From an uncultured Acidobacteriota bacterium (lineage in GTDB: Bacteria > Acidobacteriota > Thermoanaerobaculia > Gp7-AA8): DNA of 64,000 nt. The position numbers and the translations under genes were made by a program. The stretch lies in assembly GCA_963822445.1 (NCBI GenBank), contig CAWGHO010000003.1:224001-288000 (forward strand). The letters are read 5' to 3'. Positions 47,299 through 57,632 of the stretch are shown one piece after another; the stretch's first letter is position 1, and the number at the start of each line of letters is the position of its first letter. The notes under the pieces were generated by a model that was not told where the DNA came from, did not search any database, and saw nothing but the letters and a program-made list of their open reading frames with translations.

Positions 47299-49896
47299 AT
47301 GAGCCCGACGATCACTTCCGGACAACGCCTCGGGCCCTACGAGATCGCCTCGCGCCTCGGCGCCGGCGGCATGGGCGAAGTGTGGAAGGCGCGCGACACG
47401 CGCCTCGACCGCAGCGTGGCCATCAAGATCCTTCCCGCCGCGCTCGCGCAGGACGCGCAGTTCAAACAGCGGTTCGAGCGCGAGGCGAAAACCATCTCCC
47501 AGCTGAATCATCCGCACATCTGCACGCTCTACGACGTCGGCGACGACTACCTGGTGATGGAGCTGATCGAAGGGGAGTCGCTCGCCGAGCGGCTCGAGCG
47601 CGGTGCGATGCCGTTGGCGGAAGTTCTCAAATACGGCGCGCAGATCGCCGAGGCCCTCGATCGCGCACATCGCGCAGGAGTGGTCCATCGCGATCTGAAG
47701 CCGGGCAACGTGATGATCACGCGCACCGGCGCGAAGCTGCTCGACTTCGGACTCGCCAAAGCGGCCTTCGATGATGCCGACAACGGCATGACCGTGCAGA
47801 AGCCGCTGACGCAGGAAGGCACGATCCTCGGCACCTTTCAATACATGTCCCCGGAGCAGCTCGAGGCCGCCGAGGCCGACGCGCGATCGGACATCTTCGC
47901 CCTCGGCGCACTGCTCTACGAGATGGCCACCGGCCGCCGCGCGTTCGAAGGGAAGTCGAAAGCTTCACTGATCGCGGCCATCGTCAAAGAACAGCCGCCT
48001 CCAATGTCGGAAGTGCAGCCGCTCACGCCACCTGCGTTCGAGCGTCTCGTTTCCGGGTGTCTGGCGAAGGACCCTGAGGATCGCTGGCAGAGCGCGCACG
48101 ACGTCGCGCAGCAGCTTCGCTGGATCGGCGAATCGGGGTCGCAGGTGAACGTCGCGGCGCCGCTTGTTGCGCAACGGAAGAGGCTTAACCGGTTGGCGTG
48201 GACCGTCGCCGCGATCGCCGGGATCGCGGCACTCGCGGCGGGCGCGCTTGCGTGGCGGGCGATGACGCGCGTCGAATCTCCGCAGGTCATGCGCTTCTCC
48301 GCGCCCAACACGATCGCCGCGCGGCCCGCCGACAACTACGGAATCATCGCCGTCTCTCCCGACGGCCGGGAGATCGTCTACGCCGCGTCCCTCAACGCGA
48401 CGAAGATGCTCTTCCGCAGAGCGATCGATCAGTTCGAGGCGAAGCCGATTCCCGGCACCGAAGGCGCCGTGCAACCGTTTTTCTCGCCGGACGGTAAGTG
48501 GGTCGGTTTCGTCGCGCGGCACAAGTTGATGAAGGTCGCGCTCTCGGGCGGACAGCCGATCGAGCTCGCGCATGCTGCGCTTCCCCGAGGTGCCGAGTGG
48601 CTCGAGGATGACACGATCGTTTTCTGCCCCTACTTCTACGGCGGAATCGACCGCGTCCCGGCGTCCGGCGGCACAGCCACTCCGGTCTCCAAAGTCGATC
48701 GTGCGGCGGGAGAGCGAAGCCATCGCTGGCCGCATGCGCTCCCGGGCGGGAAAGTGGTGCTGTACTCGGTGGGCCTCGGGTCGTCCTGGGACAACGCAAA
48801 AGTGGTTGCACAACGGCTCGATACCGGCGAACGGAAGGTCGTCCTCAACGGAGGATGCGACGCGCGCTACGTTCCGACGGGTCACCTCGTGTACGTGCGC
48901 GGGAACTCGTTGTATGCGGTTCCCTTCGACGCCGAGGCGCTCGAAGTGCGCGGCCAGCCGGTGGAAGTGCTGAGCGGCGTCGCCAATCACAGCGCCGGCG
49001 GTGCGGAGTTCGCGTTTTCGCGCAACGGCATGCTCGTCTACTTCTCGCCGGGCGTCGGCGGTGACGAAGGAGGGCAACTCATCGTCGTGAACCGTCGCGG
49101 CGAGCAGCAACCTGCCCGGTTGCCGGCCGGCGCGTTCTCGAGTCCCGGCTTTTCGCCGGACGGCTCCGCAATCGCTGCCGTGCGCGACTACAACATCTGG
49201 GCGATCGACACGATCCGCGGCACGAGCACCCGCGTGGCGTCGGGCGCACGTGTGGCGTGGCCGGTATGGTCGAGCGATGGCTCCCACATCTATTACTCAT
49301 CGGAGCGCTTTGGATGGTGGCAGGTCTTTGCGCGAGCCGCCGACGGCAGCGACGAGGAGCGGCAGATCTCGAAGTCAGACGCCGCCGTCGTTCCGTTGGC
49401 GATGTCTCCTGACGGCCGCGAGATGCTCGTCCGCATCGATCGCAAAGAAACGGCCGGCGATGTCGACCTCATGGATCTCGAAGGACGAATCCGCCCCTTC
49501 GCGCGGTCCGAAGCGGACGAGCTTCCCGGAGCGTTCTCGCCGGACGGCCGGTGGATCGTGTATTCGTCGGACGAGTCGGGACGCGCGGAAATCTATGTCC
49601 GTCCGGCGAGCGGCGCGGCCGGCCGCTGGCAGATCTCGATCGAGGGAGGCATCGACCCGCGCTGGGCACTGCCGGACGAGATCGCCTACCTGCAGGGCAG
49701 CAGGATCATGGCCGTCACCGTGAAGACGGCGCCGTCGTTTTCGGTCGGGACGCCGAGGCTTCTCGTCGATCGCAATGCATCGGATTTCGATCTCACCCGC
49801 GACGGACGCATCCTCATCGCCGAGGCACCAGACGCGGCATCACCCGGGCGGCTGAATGTCGTGGTGAATTGGTTTGAAGAGTTGCGGCGAAGGTAG
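47299..49896 (+). CDS. Ser/Thr protein kinase with TolB-like beta-propeller
   Basis: GAGGMG, HRDLKPGN, DFG, YMSPE; SPDG repeats. Confidence 0.95.
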   Translation: MSPTITSGQRLGPYEIASRLGAGGMGEVWKARDTRLDRSVAIKILPAALAQDAQFKQRFEREAKTISQLNHPHICTLYDVGDDYLVMELIEGESLAERLERGAMPLAEVLKYGAQIAEALDRAHRAGVVHRDLKPGNVMITRTGAKLLDFGLAKAAFDDADNGMTVQKPLTQEGTILGTFQYMSPEQLEAAEADARSDIFALGALLYEMATGRRAFEGKSKASLIAAIVKEQPPPMSEVQPLTPPAFERLVSGCLAKDPEDRWQSAHDVAQQLRWIGESGSQVNVAAPLVAQRKRLNRLAWTVAAIAGIAALAAGALAWRAMTRVESPQVMRFSAPNTIAARPADNYGIIAVSPDGREIVYAASLNATKMLFRRAIDQFEAKPIPGTEGAVQPFFSPDGKWVGFVARHKLMKVALSGGQPIELAHAALPRGAEWLEDDTIVFCPYFYGGIDRVPASGGTATPVSKVDRAAGERSHRWPHALPGGKVVLYSVGLGSSWDNAKVVAQRLDTGERKVVLNGGCDARYVPTGHLVYVRGNSLYAVPFDAEALEVRGQPVEVLSGVANHSAGGAEFAFSRNGMLVYFSPGVGGDEGGQLIVVNRRGEQQPARLPAGAFSSPGFSPDGSAIAAVRDYNIWAIDTIRGTSTRVASGARVAWPVWSSDGSHIYYSSERFGWWQVFARAADGSDEERQISKSDAAVVPLAMSPDGREMLVRIDRKETAGDVDLMDLEGRIRPFARSEADELPGAFSPDGRWIVYSSDESGRAEIYVRPASGAAGRWQISIEGGIDPRWALPDEIAYLQGSRIMAVTVKTAPSFSVGTPRLLVDRNASDFDLTRDGRILIAEAPDAASPGRLNVVVNWFEELRRR

Positions 49897-49975
49897 CCGG
49901 CCTGCGCGAGGGTAGGGAAACCCGCGAGCCCATCACTCCTTAGACGACAACGGATCCGAGAGGAGCTTCCCCTTC

Positions 49976-51163
49976 ATGAGTAATCCAATGCCGCGCACAG
50001 CGGAACACGTGTCCCAGGGCCACCCCGACAAGTTCTGCGACCAGGTCGCCGATCGCATCCTCGACGCGGCGCTGCAGGGCGCCGCAGCGATCGACACGCC
50101 GACACTCGACTCCATCCGCACCGCGATCGAGTGCCTGGTCAAAGACAATCTCCTCATCGTCTCCGGCGAAGTGAAATTGCCGCCGGCTCTCCGTGGAGAG
50201 CTCGATTTCATCGCGCTCGCGCGCGAGGTCTGGAAGGACGTCGGCTACGGCTCGATCTGGTCGGGCGGCTATGGCGACGAGGACGCGGGGCAGGCATTCG
50301 GCGAGCTGACCGTCGTCAACCACATCCGCGCGCAGTCGCCGAACATCGCCAAGGGCGATGACCGCACCGCGCCGACTGCCGACAGCGGCACGGGTTCCGA
50401 CTCCGGCGGTGCGGGCGATCAGGGAATCATGGTCGGCTACGCGACGGCGGAGACGCCGGAGATGATGCCGCGCGAGTGGGTCTACGCGCGCAACCTCTGC
50501 CGTCGTTTGAACGAGGTGCGCGTCGACGGCACGTTTCCGTGGCTGCGCTCGGACTGCAAGACGCAGGTCTCGCTCGATGCCGACGGCAACGTGACCAGTG
50601 TGATCATCGCCGCGCAGCACAATTCAGAAGTCGATCCGCGCGACCGCAAGCAGGAGCTCATCGATGGCGTCGTTCGTCCGGTCCTGCAGCAGGACGTCGA
50701 CGCGAAGAACATCCGCATCAACGGCACGGGGCGATTCGTCATCGGCGGACCGACCGGCGATGCCGGCGTCGTCGGACGCAAGATCGTCATCGACGCCTAC
50801 GGCCCGCGCATCCCCGTCGGCGGCGGCGCGTACTCCGGAAAAGATCCGACGAAGGTCGACCGCAGCGCGGCGTACATGTGCCGTCACATCGCGAAAGCGG
50901 TCATCGCGCACAAGGGCGCGCAGGAGTGCACCGTCACCATCGCCTACGGCATCGGGCAGCATCAGCCGGAGATGATCACCGCCGTCACCGAGACCGGCGC
51001 CGACGTCTCCGACTGGGTCCGCAGCAAGTTCGATCTCTCCCCGAAAGGAATCATCGAGCGCCTCGGCCTGCGCCGCCGCGACGGCTGGACCTACTACCAG
51101 ACCGCGTCGTACGGCCACTACGGGCGCGACATCTTTCCGTGGGAGAAGCCGGCGGACATCTAA
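49976..51163 (+). CDS. metK: S-adenosylmethionine synthetase (divergent)
   Basis: GHPDK, GAGDQG, GGPTGDAGVVGRK, GGGAYSGKDPTKVDRSAAY, YGHYGR. Confidence 0.93.
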   Translation: MSNPMPRTAEHVSQGHPDKFCDQVADRILDAALQGAAAIDTPTLDSIRTAIECLVKDNLLIVSGEVKLPPALRGELDFIALAREVWKDVGYGSIWSGGYGDEDAGQAFGELTVVNHIRAQSPNIAKGDDRTAPTADSGTGSDSGGAGDQGIMVGYATAETPEMMPREWVYARNLCRRLNEVRVDGTFPWLRSDCKTQVSLDADGNVTSVIIAAQHNSEVDPRDRKQELIDGVVRPVLQQDVDAKNIRINGTGRFVIGGPTGDAGVVGRKIVIDAYGPRIPVGGGAYSGKDPTKVDRSAAYMCRHIAKAVIAHKGAQECTVTIAYGIGQHQPEMITAVTETGADVSDWVRSKFDLSPKGIIERLGLRRRDGWTYYQTASYGHYGRDIFPWEKPADI

Positions 51164-51171
51164 TTGCATTC

Positions 51172-52794
51172 ATGAAGAAGCTTCTCGTCACATCGGCCCT
51201 GCCGTATGCGAACGGCCCGATTCACATCGGGCACATGGTCGAGTACATCATGGCGGACATCTGGGTGCGCTACTGGCGGCTGCGCGGCCGCGATGTCGTG
51301 CACTTCTGCGCCGATGATGCGCACGGCACGCCGATCATGATGCGCGCGCGCAGCGAGGGGCTGTCGCCGGAGGAGCTGATTCAGCGCATCTGGCACGAGC
51401 ACCGCCGCGACTTCGCCGCGTTCGGGATCGACTTCGACTACTACCACAGCACGCATTCGCCGGAGAACCGCCAGCTCTCGGAGACGATCTATCGCGCGCT
51501 CGTGGCGAACGGCTACATCGAATCGCGCGACGTCGAGCAGGCGTACTGCGTCAACGACCGGATGTTCCTCCCCGACCGGTACATCCGCGGCGAGTGCTCG
51601 CGCTGCGGGGCCGCGGCGCAGTACGGGGACGCGTGCGAGGTGTGCTCGACGACGTACACGACGCGCGACCTGCGCAATCCGTACTGCGCGAATTGCAACG
51701 CCACTCCGGAGTGGCGGAAGTCGCGCCATCTCTTCTTCCGCCTGAGCCTCTTCGCGGACCGCCTCGACTCTTGGCTGCGCGCCGGTCATGTGCAGGAGGA
51801 GATTGCGAACAAAGTGAGTGAGTGGTTCGCGGACGGTCTGCAGGACTGGGACATTTCCCGTGACGAGCCGTACTTCGGATTCGAGATCCCGGACGAGCCG
51901 GGGAAGTTTTTCTACGTCTGGCTCGACGCGCCGGTGGGCTACATGGCCACGACCCTGGCCTGGTGCCGCGAGCACGGCGCCGATTTCGACTCCTACTGGC
52001 GCGTCGAGGATGAGGCCGAGGTGGTGCACATCATCGGCAAGGACATCATCTACTTTCACGCGCTCTTCTGGCCGGCGACGCTGATGGGCTCCGGATTTCG
52101 CACGCCGTCGAGCCTCGCCGTGCACGGGTTTCTCACCGTCAACGGCGAGAAGATGTCGAAGACGCGCGGAACGTTCATCAACGCGTCGAGTTACCTCGAG
52201 CATCTCGACCCGCAATACCTGCGCTACTACTACGCGGCGAAGCTCAGCTCACGCGTGGAGGATCTCGACCTCAACTTCGACGACTTCACGCATCGCGTGA
52301 ATGCGGACCTCGTCGGCAAGCTGGCGAACGTCCCCAGCCGTACCGTTCCGTTGCTCCACAAATACGCGCAGGGCCGGCTGGGCACGCTCGATGACGCGGG
52401 CCGCGAATTGCTGTCGCACGTACGCGAGCGGCGCGACGAGATCGCCTCGCTGTACGAACGCCGCGAATTCGGACGCGTCGTCCGCGCGCTCACGGAGCTC
52501 GCGCACGTGATCAACGTCTATCTCGACAAGGCCGAGCCCTGGAAGCGATCGGCGGAGGAAGCAGACGCGATCTCAACTGCATGCACCGGCGCGCTGAATG
52601 CGTTTCGCCTGCTCGCGATCTATTTCCAGCCGATCCTTCCTGAGTGGACCGTGCGGCTTGCGAAAATGTTCGACGTCCCGGCTCTCGGCTGGAGCGATCT
52701 CGACACCGACTTGGAGAACCACGCCATCCAGCCGTACGAGCGACTCGTCGATCGAGTCGACCCGAAACGGGTTCAGGCACTCCTCGGCGAGTAG
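51172..52794 (+). CDS. metG: Methionine--tRNA ligase, short form lacking the C-terminal tRNA-binding domain
   Basis: LPYANGPIHIGH, zinc-knuckle CxxC motifs, YVWLDAP, GKDIIYFH, KMSKT. Confidence 0.95.
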   Translation: MKKLLVTSALPYANGPIHIGHMVEYIMADIWVRYWRLRGRDVVHFCADDAHGTPIMMRARSEGLSPEELIQRIWHEHRRDFAAFGIDFDYYHSTHSPENRQLSETIYRALVANGYIESRDVEQAYCVNDRMFLPDRYIRGECSRCGAAAQYGDACEVCSTTYTTRDLRNPYCANCNATPEWRKSRHLFFRLSLFADRLDSWLRAGHVQEEIANKVSEWFADGLQDWDISRDEPYFGFEIPDEPGKFFYVWLDAPVGYMATTLAWCREHGADFDSYWRVEDEAEVVHIIGKDIIYFHALFWPATLMGSGFRTPSSLAVHGFLTVNGEKMSKTRGTFINASSYLEHLDPQYLRYYYAAKLSSRVEDLDLNFDDFTHRVNADLVGKLANVPSRTVPLLHKYAQGRLGTLDDAGRELLSHVRERRDEIASLYERREFGRVVRALTELAHVINVYLDKAEPWKRSAEEADAISTACTGALNAFRLLAIYFQPILPEWTVRLAKMFDVPALGWSDLDTDLENHAIQPYERLVDRVDPKRVQALLGE

Positions 52795-52801
52795 CCGCGC
52801 G

Positions 52802-53488
52802 TCAGCTCCACTCGTACAACATCCGCACGTTGCCGCCGACGTGCCGGGTCAGCAGCGTGATGAGGTCGTCCTTCGCGCGCTGCAGGTGATCGCGGTCCGT
52901 GGCCTTGTTCCCCTGCACGATGAAGAAGCAGTGTTTCGTATCGACGCCGACCTTCGTTTTCTCGACCTGGCGCACCTCGAGGCGGCAGATCACTTCGTTC
53001 GCGTCGTCGACGTAACCGTACTCGCCGGTGCGGATGGCTTTCGGAGCGTCGGCGCCGAGCGGAACGAACCGCTCGTCGCCGCGGGTGAGACGGAGGTGGA
53101 CGTTGCCGTCTATGTGGTCGACGTCGTGCGCGCCGAGGGCAAGGTGAGTTCGCAGCGAAACGATGTTGTAGAGATCAACGAGAACGTTCACGTGCGGCAG
53201 GCGGCTCGTCGACTGCACCATCGACACGAGGTTCTCCGGCGACGCGACGAACTTGCGGTTCGAGCAGCCGACCGCTTCGTGCAGATCGCGAAATCCTTTC
53301 AGCACCGGGTCGGCTTTCGGATCGATCTGCGCGCGGAGGACCTCCTGAATCGTCGCGACGCGCGCTTCTTCGACGGCGTCGTTCATCTCTTCGTTGCGAA
53401 TGTCCTCGATCACGAAGTACACACCTCGCACGCCGAGCGAGAGGACTTCGTCGGAGATATCGAAGGACAGGTCACGCGCAGGCATCAC
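52802..53488 (-). CDS. Stand-alone B3/4 domain protein (PheRS-beta editing-like tRNA deacylase)
   Basis: ASPENL; LPHVNVLVDLYNIVSL; GAHD; GDERFVPLG; ICRLEVRQ. Confidence 0.88.
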   Translation of the reverse strand: MMPARDLSFDISDEVLSLGVRGVYFVIEDIRNEEMNDAVEEARVATIQEVLRAQIDPKADPVLKGFRDLHEAVGCSNRKFVASPENLVSMVQSTSRLPHVNVLVDLYNIVSLRTHLALGAHDVDHIDGNVHLRLTRGDERFVPLGADAPKAIRTGEYGYVDDANEVICRLEVRQVEKTKVGVDTKHCFFIVQGNKATDRDHLQRAKDDLITLLTRHVGGNVRMLYEWS

Positions 53489-54189
53489 TCACCTCGTTTG
53501 CGAACTACGAATACCCAGCTCTGATGTTCGTGAGGATATTCGCGAAACCCTTCGTGCGGCGGCTCGCTCCACGTCGCGAGGTCGATAGAGACGAGATCGA
53601 ATCCGGCGCCGGCGACCAGCGCCTCGACGTCTTCCCGGGCATAGAAGCGATAGTAGAAGCGGTCGCGATAGATCCACTCCTCCCCGGAGACGTTCTTCAT
53701 GTCGATGCCGCGCGTCGAATCGCCGAGCGCGAACACGCTGCCGAGGAGCAGCCCGCCCGGAGCGGTGATGCGCAGCAATTCGGCGATCGCCGCGCCGACG
53801 TCGCGCAGATGGCCGAGCAGGTCCCAGCAGAAGACGAAGTCGAACTGATCGTCGGTGAACGACGTGGAAAAGACGTCGGTCTGCAACGTGACGCAGTTGC
53901 GGATCCCGTTGCGGCGGCAGAGCTTGGCCGCGATGCCGAGGGCGTTGGCAGAGGAGTCGGCTGCGACGACGATCGGCACCGCCGCCGCGAGTGTGGGGAT
54001 GTTCCTGCCATCGCCGCACGGCAGATCGAGCGCGATCCGCGCGCCTGCTTCCGCGGCCATCGAGGCCGCCCGCTGCACGTGCGGGACGGCAGCTTCGCTC
54101 CAGAGCACGGCTGACATTTCGAGAATGTACGAGTCATCCCACGCGGACTTCGAGCGCTCGTCGATGCCTTCGAGTTTCGTGCTCATCAT
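53485..54189 (-). CDS. Class I SAM-dependent methyltransferase
   Basis: LDLPCGDGRN; FDFVFC; PGG; ATGA overlap with the NACHT gene. Confidence 0.9.
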   Translation of the reverse strand: MMSTKLEGIDERSKSAWDDSYILEMSAVLWSEAAVPHVQRAASMAAEAGARIALDLPCGDGRNIPTLAAAVPIVVAADSSANALGIAAKLCRRNGIRNCVTLQTDVFSTSFTDDQFDFVFCWDLLGHLRDVGAAIAELLRITAPGGLLLGSVFALGDSTRGIDMKNVSGEEWIYRDRFYYRFYAREDVEALVAGAGFDLVSIDLATWSEPPHEGFREYPHEHQSWVFVVRKRGE

Positions 54190-57100
54190 GCCGATGCCTC
54201 CGGCTCGAGTGGTTTGGAAGAACCGAGATCGTCGAGCGGGAAGGCCAGCCGGAACCCGATGTTGTCGCTCGACTCGCCGGGATGCGCCGGATAACGCCAG
54301 TAGCAGCGCATCGTCCGGGGAAGATCGTCCCACCCGCCGCCGCGGACGATCTGGAATTCGCCCTCTTCGAGCTTCGGATCGTCCTCCGGGCTGTTCTCGT
54401 AGAAATCGACCGCGTACCAGTCGGCTGTCCATTCCCAGACGTTGCCGGCCAGGTCGTAGAGGCCGAGGGCATTGGGCTCGAACGATCCGACTTCAGTCGT
54501 CGGAGGAGTCGCCTTCTCCTCGGCCCACCACGTTTTCAACGCCTCGTCAGTCGGCGACGCGACGTGCAGCGCCGCGCAATTTGCGAGCGAGTTGTTCCAC
54601 GGCAGGTTGCCCCAGGGATAAAGGCGTGCGAGCGATCCGCGCGCCGCCAGTTCCCACTGCGCTTCCGTCGGCAACTCGACCCCGTAGCCGAGCCGCCGAG
54701 CTAGCCAGTTGCAGTACGCCATCGCATCCTCGCGTGCAATCTGCACGACCGGGTGATCGAGGCGCTCGTTCGCCGTATTGCGGCCGCTGGCGCGCGGGTC
54801 GCGCCATGAGGCCTTCGGCGCCGGCTCGAAGCGATCGTTCGGGCCGATGATCTTCGTCGCCCGGCCCCACTCCGCCGCGGTGACGTGGCCGGTTGCGTCG
54901 ACGAACGCCTGGAACTCGCGATTGGTCACCAGGCGCGTCGCAAGGATGAAGGGCGAAACGCGGATGATGCGCGGCGGGCGTACGAGCTGCGGACGGATGT
55001 GCTTCGGTGCGATCTCCCATCCACCGCGAATGAAGCGCGCGCCGGGAATGATCACCGCTTCGATCCCTTCGGCTGCGATCCGCTTCAGTGCGCCGCCGTG
55101 ATTTTCGGTCAGCTTCTTCTGCCCTTCGACGCGCCGCGCATCTTCTTCTTCGAATTCGCCCTGCAGCGTTTCGGGCTGCATCAGTTCGCGCCAGAACAAC
55201 CACTTGTCGACGTCGCGTCCGCCCTGGCGGGGAATCAGCGGCGCGATCCGGCTCTGAAGGGACGGCCGGTGCGTGATCAACGACCGCGTGAACTCCGCTA
55301 CTTCCGACAGGTTCATCGGCGGCTTTGGCAGGTCTTCGAACTTCGCCGCGCGTCCGGTGAGCTCGACGAGATATTCGGCGTGGAAGTAATCGACCCAGTA
55401 GCGCTCCAGCCATTCCAGCTCGCCGTGAACCGTTTTGGCGATGTAGATGTTGTCCGGAAGCGCCGTGAGGAGCGCCTGCCGCTTCGCGTCATCGGCGGTC
55501 TCCAGCCCCGGCAGCAGCGCGAGCTCCGAGTCGGCATCGGCGAGACTCAGAGCCAGCGGTCGCGCGCCCGGCTTCGTGCTGACCCGATGCGCGAGGCGGC
55601 GGAGGAACGCGCGCTTGAGCTCCGGCTGCCATCCTCCCTGCGTGGTGGCGGCGAGCGCCGACTTTTCGAGCGCCTGGGCGATCGGCTGGATCGTTCGCTC
55701 TCCGCGCTTCCAACCCTGCAACTGCTGCTCGAGGTTGCCGGGCCAGATGACGTCTTTCGGATCCGGATGTGCGAGCACCGCGCTCATGAAATCGTCCTTG
55801 CCCTCGGGAATCGTCTTGGCGGCAACCTCCTCGACCTCTTCCATGCGGTACGGGCGCAACTCGAGAATGCGCGCGATGCGTGGCTTTCCCGGTTTGTCAT
55901 ACGATCCGAACGACGGGATCGACGCGTTGTGCGCCTCGGCGAACGCGCCGCGCGCGGTGGAGAGAATGATCTTGCATCGCCGAAAGCCGGTGGCGGGCAT
56001 GATCTGTTCGTAATTCTCCCCGAGATTCGGCTCGGCTTCGTCGAATCCGTCGAGCAGGAGCAGCAGGCGGCCTTCCTCGTGAAGATGGCGCAGCCACTTG
56101 GGCTCGTATTCGACGTCGTATGTGCTCAGCGTGTCGGTCATGAACGCGAAGAGGTTCTTGCCGGCGAGATTGCGGATGTGGAAGTACAGCGGAAGCCGGT
56201 CAGCGTATGGGTCGCCGAATACGCCGTGCAGGTAACGCTGCGCGAGCTGGTACCAGAGATTCACGAGCAGGGATGTCTTCCCGTGGCGGGAATCGCCGAC
56301 GAGCACCATGAGCCGGCAGGTGTCGTCCGCGAGTTGCTCGTCGACCCACTGGCCGGTGGTCGGGTAGTCGGTGATCCCCGGCATCGAGTTCGGAGCCGGC
56401 TGATGCGGAACCGATCCGGGGATGCTGATGACGTCGTAGCCGTTCTCGATGCGCGTGAATCCGCGGCGCAGCCTGAACTGCTGCTTGAGTGGCGCGCCGT
56501 GCGGAATGAGCAACGTGGGCGTGCCATCGACCGACTCGTATTCCGTCAACAACCGATGGAGGATCGGCCGCAGTTTCATCGTGACATCGATGTTCTCCGG
56601 CGTCAGGAGATGCAGGCTGTCGCCCAGGTGGAGGTCATTCGTCTCTGAAGCGAACCCCTGCAGCGACGCGAATGCCAGCACGTCGGCCTCGGCCCTGTTT
56701 GCTGACCACCACGTGCTCACGTCGTTGGCGCTCGGGATGATCCCGGTCTCGATCTTCAGCCGCATGCGCAGGTTGCGATCGAAACGGTCGCGCGCCGGGC
56801 GTGACAGATCGACCGTCATCTGGTGGGTTCCCGGCCAGCCCGGTGGCAGTTGGAATTCCAGCATCTCCAACCACGCGCCGACAAGCTCGATGAACGCTTC
56901 CTGCTCCTGTTTTGGCACGATCTCGCCGGCGTCCGTGCCCGACAGGGTCTGGGACGGACGAATGCCGGCTTCGCGGGCGAGCGCGAGATCGAGCGCGAAG
57001 CTGAACGTGCGGCTGCTCTGCAGTTGCTCGTGCCCTGCCTGAACGGCGCGCTCGAATGTCATCCGGCCGTCTTCACCGCGGCCGCGCCACTCGCTTCGTC

Positions 57101-57632
57101 CCTTTTCGTCGCGTTTTGCGCTGGAGAAACCCGTGCATTCGATCGGCAGAAACGCTTCGCGTCTGATGAATTCCTTCAAGTCGCTGAGCGGCGATGTGAG
57201 AAGCCCGGCATTGCTGAACAATTGCTGTTGATCGGGCCGGGCTGCTTTGGGTTGACCGTTGGACATCGCCGTACGATCGACCAGCACCATGGCGTGATCG
57301 GCAAACACGACCAGGCCGCAAAACAGCCCGTGATGCAACGCCAGAGCGGCGAACATCGCGGACAGGTCGAGACAGTTCCCCTTTTTTCCCGCCAGGATCT
57401 CGTCAGGCGTCAGGATTTTCTGTGACTGACTGAATTCGCCGGAATGAGACACATACGTGATGCCCTGCGCGGCCAGCGCTTCATAGATGTGCTTTGCGAC
57501 CGCGTCCGGCGCCGCGATTTCGTCCAGACGAGGCGCCTGAATGGGAAACCGGCTGATCACGGACGCGTGTTCGTCGACCTGTTGCGCCAGATCTTTCTCG
57601 ATGTTTCTCTGCCAGTAAACCGCCATCGTCAC
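54186..57632 (-). CDS. Multidomain protein: transglutaminase-like, possible REase-like, NACHT NTPase and FGE-sulfatase (SUMF1) domains
   Basis: GNCLDLS...HAMV...IECT; Walker A GDSRHGKTS; Walker B LLLLDGFDE; HPVV, LPTEAQWE, PNALGLYDLAGNVWEW, RGGGW, IGFR. Confidence 0.85.
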   Translation of the reverse strand: MTMAVYWQRNIEKDLAQQVDEHASVISRFPIQAPRLDEIAAPDAVAKHIYEALAAQGITYVSHSGEFSQSQKILTPDEILAGKKGNCLDLSAMFAALALHHGLFCGLVVFADHAMVLVDRTAMSNGQPKAARPDQQQLFSNAGLLTSPLSDLKEFIRREAFLPIECTGFSSAKRDEKGRSEWRGRGEDGRMTFERAVQAGHEQLQSSRTFSFALDLALAREAGIRPSQTLSGTDAGEIVPKQEQEAFIELVGAWLEMLEFQLPPGWPGTHQMTVDLSRPARDRFDRNLRMRLKIETGIIPSANDVSTWWSANRAEADVLAFASLQGFASETNDLHLGDSLHLLTPENIDVTMKLRPILHRLLTEYESVDGTPTLLIPHGAPLKQQFRLRRGFTRIENGYDVISIPGSVPHQPAPNSMPGITDYPTTGQWVDEQLADDTCRLMVLVGDSRHGKTSLLVNLWYQLAQRYLHGVFGDPYADRLPLYFHIRNLAGKNLFAFMTDTLSTYDVEYEPKWLRHLHEEGRLLLLLDGFDEAEPNLGENYEQIMPATGFRRCKIILSTARGAFAEAHNASIPSFGSYDKPGKPRIARILELRPYRMEEVEEVAAKTIPEGKDDFMSAVLAHPDPKDVIWPGNLEQQLQGWKRGERTIQPIAQALEKSALAATTQGGWQPELKRAFLRRLAHRVSTKPGARPLALSLADADSELALLPGLETADDAKRQALLTALPDNIYIAKTVHGELEWLERYWVDYFHAEYLVELTGRAAKFEDLPKPPMNLSEVAEFTRSLITHRPSLQSRIAPLIPRQGGRDVDKWLFWRELMQPETLQGEFEEEDARRVEGQKKLTENHGGALKRIAAEGIEAVIIPGARFIRGGWEIAPKHIRPQLVRPPRIIRVSPFILATRLVTNREFQAFVDATGHVTAAEWGRATKIIGPNDRFEPAPKASWRDPRASGRNTANERLDHPVVQIAREDAMAYCNWLARRLGYGVELPTEAQWELAARGSLARLYPWGNLPWNNSLANCAALHVASPTDEALKTWWAEEKATPPTTEVGSFEPNALGLYDLAGNVWEWTADWYAVDFYENSPEDDPKLEEGEFQIVRGGGWDDLPRTMRCYWRYPAHPGESSDNIGFRLAFPLDDLGSSKPLEPEASA

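Noticed and set aside
49897-49975. SAM riboswitch or T-box upstream of metK-metG
   Set aside because: The gap is only 79 bp and has no recognisable conserved motifs.
54200-54360. DGR variable region at the FGE C-terminus
   Set aside because: No reverse transcriptase or template repeat seen in the window; a trans-acting DGR cannot be excluded without a genome search.
53485-55100. Ergothioneine/selenoneine (EgtB/EgtD-like) pathway from FGE domain plus methyltransferase
   Set aside because: The FGE domain is fused to a NACHT, not a DinB-like HxxxHxE iron domain, and the methyltransferase does not look like EgtD.
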